A DNA stretch of 64,000 nt from an uncultured Candidatus Binatia bacterium (GTDB taxonomy: Bacteria; Desulfobacterota; Binatia; UBA9968; CAXXLF01): NCBI GenBank assembly GCA_965218425.1, contig OZ244621.1, forward strand, positions 2,592,001-2,656,000, written 5' to 3'. A model generated the notes under the pieces. The model saw only the letters and a program-made list of their open reading frames with translations, made no database searches and was not told where the DNA came from. Below are positions 57,420 through 64,000 of this stretch, in pieces (the stretch's first letter is position 1; every line of letters starts with the position of its first letter). Made by a program: the position numbers and the translations under genes.

Positions 57420-58610
57420 GTGCTCAAGATGGGCATTCTCGGCATCGGCGTCAGTGGTGCTCGGATAGCACGCGCCATGGCGGTCATGCCTGAAATCGAA
57501 CTCGTCGCGGGCGCCGCCCGTCGTCCCGAACTGCACGTCGACTTCGCTGAACGGTACGGCGCCAAGACCTATGGGAGCGCAGAGGAGATCTGTCGCGACC
57601 CCGAGGTGCAAGCGCTGTGGATCTCAACCCCAAATCAATTCCACGCTGAGCACGTGCTCCTCGCGGCTTCTCATGGCAAGCACGTCATCATCGAGAAGCC
57701 TATCGCGATCACCATGCGGGAAGCGGAGCAGATGATGGAAGCGGCGGAGCGCGGCGGCGTCACGGTGGTTTGCGGCCACGTGCTGAGCAACACGCCGCGG
57801 GCCCAGATGGTCCGCCGAATCATACGCTCAGGCGAGCTGGGCCCATTGGGCGCTCTGAACGTCTGGGCCTACACAGACTGGATGCTCCGTCCCAGGACGG
57901 CTGCCGAGATGGACTTTGCTAAAGGAGGAGGCGTGCCCTACCGGCAGGCGCCCCACCAGGTCGACACGCTACGGTTGTTGGGGGGTGGACTCGTCAGAAG
58001 CGTCCGGGGAATGATCGCCCAATGGATGCCAGAGCGAACGATGCCCGGTTACTACTCAGCCTACATAGAATTCGAGGATGGGACACCGGCCACCCTCGTG
58101 CATAACGGATACGGCTACTTCATGACCAACGAGCTGTTGCCGTGGGTGAAAACGGGCCCACGGGCTTCTATCGAGAGGCGAACCCAGATTCGCAAGGCCA
58201 TTCGCGCCGGCGAATGGGACGAAGGGCAAGCGAAAACGGAGCAGTCCCGGGGGGTTAGCCGCGAGATCGAGAAGACCCAGCGGGGCGAGGTGGGAGACAT
58301 CTGGGTAGGCGACGACCTTGGGATCCTCGTGGTGAGCTGTGAGCGCGGAGACATCCGCTATTGCGCGCCCGGTGTTTACGTGTACGACGACGATGGAATG
58401 AGAGAAGTCCCGGTTGAGAGGCGTTCGAGGGCGGGAGCCCCAGAGATCCGGGAGCTGTACGATGCGGTCGTGCTGGGCAAACCCGTCATGCACGGCCTAT
58501 CGTGGGGAGCCGCTACGCTCGAGGTCTGCCTCGGCATCATACAGTCTGCGAAAGAACGGCGTGAGATCATCCTTCAGCGCCAGGTGCCGGCTCCTGACTT
58601 CCACGAGTAA
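57420..58610 (+). CDS. Gfo/Idh/MocA oxidoreductase, phthalate-dihydrodiol-dehydrogenase-like
   Basis: GILGIG, TPNQFH, HVIIEKP, YTDWMLRPR...GGGVPYRQAPHQVD. Confidence 0.85.
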   Translation: MLKMGILGIGVSGARIARAMAVMPEIELVAGAARRPELHVDFAERYGAKTYGSAEEICRDPEVQALWISTPNQFHAEHVLLAASHGKHVIIEKPIAITMREAEQMMEAAERGGVTVVCGHVLSNTPRAQMVRRIIRSGELGPLGALNVWAYTDWMLRPRTAAEMDFAKGGGVPYRQAPHQVDTLRLLGGGLVRSVRGMIAQWMPERTMPGYYSAYIEFEDGTPATLVHNGYGYFMTNELLPWVKTGPRASIERRTQIRKAIRAGEWDEGQAKTEQSRGVSREIEKTQRGEVGDIWVGDDLGILVVSCERGDIRYCAPGVYVYDDDGMREVPVERRSRAGAPEIRELYDAVVLGKPVMHGLSWGAATLEVCLGIIQSAKERREIILQRQVPAPDFHE

Positions 58611-58971
58611 GGCACCTGGCGCATGTTCCCCGCTCTGAGACTCGCCGTTAGGCCCCCTTTTTGCGTGGACTGCTTGCTTACAACGCCACAAGCCCTGCCG
58701 CGTTTCCGCCCAATACCTTCCGATTCGTCTCCTCCGAAGGCTTCTCGCAGTTCAGGACCGACTTGGTAGGTGGTCGGGCATTTGAAATACCGGGATGGGG
58801 TAGTCAAACTGCGCTCAACTGGTTGTGAAGGGCTTGACGATGGGGACGTAATCTTGGTATCTCACGTTGGTAAGGTTTTCCATCAGAAAATCCTCAGCAC
58901 GAAAAGCTATTGTAACTAGCGGTGTCTTGGAAACGAATCTGCGGCTGGGTAGAACGAATGGAGTAAAGTAT

Positions 58972-60123
58972 ATGTCTCTTGAGCTTCTTATTAAGGATCT
59001 AAAGGCATCCTTTGAGCTGACTACCTATTCCAAGTGGATGAAGGCAGAGGGGCTTGCGGTTGTCGAAGGATACGGATTAGAGGATGTACGGGATTTACGA
59101 CTTTCCCCCTGGTCTCGCTTGGGAGGAAAGGGAACCTTCCTTCAACTCTATGGCATGATGGATGGTTCCAGGGGGATGTATGTTGCGGAGATCCCGCCTG
59201 GCGGGGCACTGGAGCCAGAGCGGCATCTCTACGAGGAGTTGATCTGTATCTTTGAGGGGAACGGGGCCACAGAAATATGGCAGGAGGGGAGCCGAAAGCA
59301 ATTGTTTGAATGGGGCCCCTGGAGCCTGTTTGCCCCGCCGTTGAACGCATGGCATCGCCTGGTCAACGGTGGTAGGGACCCTGTGCGATTTTTAGGAGTC
59401 ACCAACGCGCCCTTAACGATGAATGCCTTTCGCGAGCCCGATTTTATTTTTAACTGTCCCTATGCGTTTTCAAAACGCTATGCGGGACAGGATGGTTATT
59501 TTCAGGCGGGCAACAAGCGCTATCAGGATCAGTTTTCCAACGTGTGGGAAACGAATTTTATTCCCAGCGTCAAAGAAGCCGCCCTGGAGGCCAAGGAGCG
59601 CAAAGGCTCAGGGGTCAAAATTACGCAGTTCGAGATGTCTGGCAATGCCTTGATTGGCCATCTATCGGAATGGCCGGCCGGTCGCTATCATAAGGCCCAT
59701 TACCATGGGCCGGGTGCTTTGCTCCTCGGTCTCGAGTCCCAAGGTTATGTATTGATCTGGTCAAAGGAACTGGGACATCAACCTTACGCCAACGGGAATG
59801 GTGGGGATGTGGTCCAAATGGATTGGAAAGTGGGGAGTGTCTACAGCCCGTTGGATGGCTGGTATCACCAGCACTTTAATACCGGGTCCCAACCGGCCCG
59901 TCACCTGGCAGTGCGGTATGGGGGCGCTCAGCATGGACATATCGATATGGGGACCTCTGCTCGCCTTAAGAAGGGTATGAACATGACATCCGTGAAAGAG
60001 GGGGGGACCCTCATTGAATACGAGGACGAGGATCCCCAGATCCGGCGCGATTATGAGAGTAGGTTAAAGAAGGTGGATGTTCCCTGCCAGATGCCGGATT
60101 TTGCGAGCTCCGCGAGGGCATGA
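58972..60123 (+). CDS. bicupin protein (same family as 24921 and 29278)
   Basis: ERHLYEE...WHRL and KAHYHGPG...WYHQHFN, IEYEDEDP. Confidence 0.85.
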   Translation: MSLELLIKDLKASFELTTYSKWMKAEGLAVVEGYGLEDVRDLRLSPWSRLGGKGTFLQLYGMMDGSRGMYVAEIPPGGALEPERHLYEELICIFEGNGATEIWQEGSRKQLFEWGPWSLFAPPLNAWHRLVNGGRDPVRFLGVTNAPLTMNAFREPDFIFNCPYAFSKRYAGQDGYFQAGNKRYQDQFSNVWETNFIPSVKEAALEAKERKGSGVKITQFEMSGNALIGHLSEWPAGRYHKAHYHGPGALLLGLESQGYVLIWSKELGHQPYANGNGGDVVQMDWKVGSVYSPLDGWYHQHFNTGSQPARHLAVRYGGAQHGHIDMGTSARLKKGMNMTSVKEGGTLIEYEDEDPQIRRDYESRLKKVDVPCQMPDFASSARA

Positions 60124-60167
60124 GCGAAGACCGATTATTTTATTTGTAAGGTAGGTTATCAAGGGAT

Positions 60168-61301
60168 ATGAGTGAACCATTTCTAAAGGCGGTGGGTCTG
60201 GAAAAGCGGTTTGGCAATGTGGCTGCCGTGAACAATATAAGTTTCGATATAGACAAGGGCGAGGTGCTTACCCTATTGGGTCCAAGCGGCTGCGGTAAGA
60301 CCACTACTTTGCGCATGATTGCGGGCTTTGAGAAGCCTGATACAGGGGAGATTGAGGTGGAGAACAATTTTGTGGTTTCGGTTCAAAGACGCATCTTCCT
60401 CCCTCCGGAGAAGAGGGAGTTGGGTATGGTCTTTCAATCCTACGCCATTTGGCCTCACCTGAACGTCTTCGAGAACGTTGCCTATCCTCTAAGGGTACGC
60501 CGTGTTAAAGGCGGTTTGGTCCGAGAGAAAGTGGAATCCGTCCTGGATCTGGTGGGTCTGGGTGGCCTCGAGGACCGGCCTGCAATGCTATTGAGTGGAG
60601 GGCAGCAACAGCGGGTGGCATTGGCCAGGGCCCTTGTCTATTCTCCCAAACTCCTGCTACTGGACGAGCCTCTATCCAATCTCGATGCTAAGCTCCGCGA
60701 GCAGATGCGGGTTGAGCTCAAAGAGCTGCAACGGCGTCTGTCCATTACCGTGGTCTTTGTCACCCACGATCAAATAGAAGCCATGACACTGTCTGACCGA
60801 CTCGCGGTGATGAGCCAAGGCAGGATCGAACACCTGGGGAGTCCGCAGGAGATCTATACGAAACCCGCAACCTCCTTTGTGCAGGAGTTTCTCGGTCGAG
60901 TCATTTGGCTGGAGGGGAATGTGGTTGAAGACAACCTGAAAAAAGTTTGTGTTGGGCTTTCGGGCGATGAGCCGGTGCAAATCCAATGCGACTCCACTGA
61001 TGGCGGAATGAAGACGGGGGAGCCGGTGGTGGTGGCAGTGCGACCGGAAGAGGTTAAACTGAGCAAGAGCAAAGAAGGCGATGGGTTGAATCAAGTGCCC
61101 TGCATTGTGGAAACGGCGGTTTTCCTGGGGGATCGATACGAATGCCATCTCCGTTTCGGTACCAATACGTTTACGCTTTACACCGCTGTCAACGAGCCCT
61201 ATACGGCGGGTCAAAAGCTCTATTTGGGAGTTTCAGACAAGACAGTCCGTATCTGGCGCAAGGCAAATGCAAGCCCGTTGGCCGTCGAGGGATCCGCATA
61301 G
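60168..61301 (+). CDS. ABC transporter ATP-binding protein (PotA-like)
   Basis: GPSGCGKT, LSGGQQQR, LLLDEPLSNLD. Confidence 0.95.
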   Translation: MSEPFLKAVGLEKRFGNVAAVNNISFDIDKGEVLTLLGPSGCGKTTTLRMIAGFEKPDTGEIEVENNFVVSVQRRIFLPPEKRELGMVFQSYAIWPHLNVFENVAYPLRVRRVKGGLVREKVESVLDLVGLGGLEDRPAMLLSGGQQQRVALARALVYSPKLLLLDEPLSNLDAKLREQMRVELKELQRRLSITVVFVTHDQIEAMTLSDRLAVMSQGRIEHLGSPQEIYTKPATSFVQEFLGRVIWLEGNVVEDNLKKVCVGLSGDEPVQIQCDSTDGGMKTGEPVVVAVRPEEVKLSKSKEGDGLNQVPCIVETAVFLGDRYECHLRFGTNTFTLYTAVNEPYTAGQKLYLGVSDKTVRIWRKANASPLAVEGSA

Positions 61302-61512
61302 CGAATACTAAGCCGCACCTACCGTTTAAGAGTGTCCGTGCGTGTGCGAGCCTAGATAAAAAAGGCTCCTAAAACAGCGACTTATACCGGTGCTGAACAG
61401 AGGGAAGATCAGCGGGTTGCATCTTCAGTCGCTCCCACCGGGCTTATGGTCCATTGACAATCCGCTATCTACGCATTATCTTAAGGGAAAATCCACGGTT
61501 TGAAGGATTGTA

Positions 61513-61842
61513 ATGCCCATATACGAATATCAGTGTGAGAAATGCGGCGAGTTTGAGGTTACTCAGAAGATTACGGATCAGCCTCTCAATGTTTGCCCCA
61601 CCTGTGGGCAAAGTGTCAAAAAGCTCATTTCCAATAGCACATTCAAGCTCATGGGAACCGGCTGGTACCTTACCGACTATGCCCGCAAGGGGCAGTCTTC
61701 GGATGGTGCACAATCCGCCAATACACAACCCAAGACAGACGGTACGGCGGATACCAGCTCGGATAACAAAAAAGAGTCGTCTTCCACCGACCAGAAATCT
61801 TCCAGCCAAAAGGGTTCGGCCTCCACGGCTTCTAATACGTAA
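61513..61842 (+). CDS. FmdB-family zinc-ribbon protein
   Basis: [12 protein letters not shown]...CPTCG...GTGWYLTDY, low-complexity Ser tail. Confidence 0.95.
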   Translation: MPIYEYQCEKCGEFEVTQKITDQPLNVCPTCGQSVKKLISNSTFKLMGTGWYLTDYARKGQSSDGAQSANTQPKTDGTADTSSDNKKESSSTDQKSSSQKGSASTASNT

Positions 61843-61926
61843 ATAGTTTTCCTAAACAAAGAGTTAACCGCAGATTCACGCCGATTAGCGCAGAGAAGCG
61901 GTTATCTTCCGCCTCAAAATGAAGAG

Positions 61927-62606
61927 GGATATATCCTAAATCTCCATTCATGGGATGTTGGAGTCTAGAGGGCCAGGGAGATTCAAGCAGAACTCCGCTC
62001 GAGCGTATCTCTTGTGGACTCGGTGCAAATCAACCAACTCCGCTGGGTTGGCGGTGCGGACGTGTCTTACTCTGCAAAGGAGGGGATTCTTTATGGTGCG
62101 GCGGTGGTCTTGAGTTTTCCGGAGCTATCGGTTGTAGAGGCGAAATGGGTCAGGGATCGAGTTCGCTTCCCTGTATTCCCGGCCTGTTAAGCTTTCGTGA
62201 GGCACCTGTCCTGGTAAAGGCCTTCAGTTTATTGCGGCAGCGACCTGACGCGATGATCTTCGATGGTCAAGGGATCGCTCATGGTCGGGGCGTGGGGTTG
62301 GCTTCTCATGTCGCTTTGTTTCTTAATGTTCCGTCTGTAGGATGCGCGAAATCGAGACTGATCGGTGATCATTTGCCGGTGAGGATGGAAAGCGGCTCCA
62401 TCAGTTGCCTTGAGTTTGAGGGGCAACATGCGGGGAATGTGATCCGGACGCGGGACGACGTGAAGCTCGTTTTCGTATCCCCCGGTCATCTTATGAGTAT
62501 TCAAGGGGCAACAGAGGTAGTCTTGGCCACCTGCCGACTTTACCGATTGCCGGAGCCCATTCGAATGGCTGACCAATTAGTGAATCGGCTCAGAAGGGAA
62601 GGATAG
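61927..62606 (+). pseudogene. nfi: endonuclease V, disrupted
   Basis: LHSWDV, GADVSY in one frame with TAG at 61966-61968; frameshift near 62171 into IPGLLSFRE, DGQGIAH, GCAKSRL, RLPEP. Confidence 0.9.
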
Positions 62607-62643
62607 CTTTCGTTCTTTCCTGTCAAGTGCGCGACAGAATGAC

Positions 62644-62862
62644 TTCAACAAACTTTTTCGCGCCAAAGCGCTCCCACGTTGATATCCTAAATCTCAAGCA
62701 CGAAATCTCAAACAAACTGAAACACTCAAATCCAAAGATCAGAATCTAAAACGAGATTGTTTGGAATTATATGTTTTTCGATCATTTGGAGTTGTTTCGA
62801 GTTTCGAGTTTAGAATTATAATTATACTTGGCGCGCTTTGCGTCATAGCGCGAGTTATCTTT
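62644..62862. repeat. nested repeat: 13450-type outer element enclosing a 15547-type AT-rich element
   Basis: Outer arms match the reverse complement of 13450-13592; inner 62704-62804 matches 15547-15646. Confidence 0.75.
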
Positions 62863-62877
62863 GTCGGGTGGGAATAG

Positions 62878-64000
62878 ATGAGCTTAATTCTTGGAATCGA
62901 TACGGGCGGCACCTTTACTGATTTCATTTCCCTCTCCAATGGGGAAGTGATTGTCCACAAGGTACTTTCTACACCGGACAATCCGGCGCGCGCCATTCTT
63001 GCGGGTCTAGGCGCATTGGTTAAAGAGTCGGAAGCGGTGAGCGTTACCTATGGAACCACGGTAGCGACCAATGCGCTTTTAGAGAGGAAGGGTGCGACGG
63101 TGGCCTTTGTAACCACCAAGGGATTTGAGGACCTAATTGAGATCGGTCGTCAAAACAGACCTGAACTCTATGACCTTGAACCGCAAAAACCGATTCCTTT
63201 GGTGCCCCGGTCCCTTCGAATCGGCGTCGCCGAGCGGGTGCTCGCCACTGGTCATGTACTCAACCCTTTATCCAAGAGGGAAATTTTGCGGGTTAAGAGT
63301 TGGGTTCGAAAGAGGGCCGTGGACTCCCTTGCCGTCGGATTCCTTCACTCGTACCGCAACCCATCCCATGAAAAAATAGCGGCCAGGGAGTTCGAATCCC
63401 TGGGTCTTCCCGTCTCTCTCTCTCACCGCATCCTTCCCGAATATCGTGAGTACGAGCGATTTTCCACCACGGCCGTCAATGCCTACGTCGCTCCTGTGAT
63501 TGCCGGGCACATGATGGAGCTTCACCGGGCCCTCAAAAGAAGCGTTGCCGGGTTGAACGGTTCCTTACGGGTAATGCAGTCCAATGGGGGAGCCATGACC
63601 CTAGGTGGAGCCAGTGAGCATCCCGTGCGGACCTTACTTTCGGGACCTGCCGGAGGGGTGGTGGCGGCCCATGAGTTGGCGACACGGGCTGGAGTGAAGA
63701 AAATGATTAGCCTTGATATGGGAGGCACTTCTACCGACGTGTGTCTGGTGAACGGGGAAATCCCATTGACTTCTGGAAAGTTGCTGGCTGGGGTCCCTGT
63801 GCAAGTTCCAATGGTGGATATTCATACCGTGGGAGCAGGGGGAGGCTCCATTGCCCGTCTGGATGAAGGAGGGGCCCTAAAAGTGGGACCCGAAAGCGCT
63901 GGCGCCGACCCAGGTCCCGTTTGCTACGGTCGGGGTAGCAAGGTGACGGTGACCGATGCCAACCTTTTTTTGGGGCGTTTAAACCAGGATCGATTTTTGG
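62878..64000 (+). CDS. hydantoinase/oxoprolinase family protein (runs off the window)
   Basis: MSLILGIDTGGTFTD, GTTVATNA, MQSNGG, SGPAGG, DMGGTSTD, GAGGGS, GPESAGADPGP. Confidence 0.95.
   Translation, partial: MSLILGIDTGGTFTDFISLSNGEVIVHKVLSTPDNPARAILAGLGALVKESEAVSVTYGTTVATNALLERKGATVAFVTTKGFEDLIEIGRQNRPELYDLEPQKPIPLVPRSLRIGVAERVLATGHVLNPLSKREILRVKSWVRKRAVDSLAVGFLHSYRNPSHEKIAAREFESLGLPVSLSHRILPEYREYERFSTTAVNAYVAPVIAGHMMELHRALKRSVAGLNGSLRVMQSNGGAMTLGGASEHPVRTLLSGPAGGVVAAHELATRAGVKKMISLDMGGTSTDVCLVNGEIPLTSGKLLAGVPVQVPMVDIHTVGAGGGSIARLDEGGALKVGPESAGADPGPVCYGRGSKVTVTDANLFLGRLNQDRFL

Noticed and set aside
61966..61968. Pyrrolysine or programmed frameshift rescuing nfi
   Set aside because: It would need both read-through and a frameshift; no slippery site is evident and conserved residues are also mutated
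63385..63402. GTTCGAATCCC T-loop-like motif (tRNA?)
   Set aside because: Inside the hydantoinase CDS, with no cloverleaf around it

Overview
Bacterial genomic window with two parts. (1) About 1-7.5 kb is a mosaic accessory island, visibly GC-richer in parts. It holds an XRE regulator plus a conserved unknown protein, a broken HigB with its HigA, a tyrosine-integrase pseudogene, a divergent UDG-superfamily gene, a DUF6508-like gene, a REP-associated (RAYT/Y1) transposase remnant and a Phd-VapC pair. (2) About 7.8-61 kb is a dense, paralog-rich catabolic region, apparently for aromatic or N-heteroaromatic acids. It holds 5 UbiD-family (de)carboxylases (no ubiX in the window), 5 bicupins, 2 stand-alone xanthine-dehydrogenase-type Mo subunits, 2 FrsA/Ponh-like hydrolases, a BphD-like hydrolase, cyclase, amidohydrolase, PuuE-like deacetylase and a CoA-transferase/MaoC/CMD operon. 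Transport genes there are 4 related ABC solute-binding proteins and 2 ATPases without a permease, 2 signal-less TAXI proteins and a TTT system. The window ends with fmdB, an nfi pseudogene and a hydantoinase gene that runs off the edge. Features the ORF track missed or truncated: a peroxiredoxin-like selenoprotein (in-frame TGA in UxxC with a SECIS-like hairpin, 20424-20948), a 55-aa CxxC/CxxC protein ending a tandem-UbiD operon (26094-26261), a 118-bp MITE-like element with TIRs and a TTGA duplication whose ends abut promoter -35 boxes, and several dispersed, nested intergenic repeats. No rRNA, tRNA or CRISPR array was recognised. The gene repertoire resembles uncultured Deltaproteobacteria-like lineages such as Ca. 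Binatia (inference only). All calls come from reading motifs by eye; no database searches were run.
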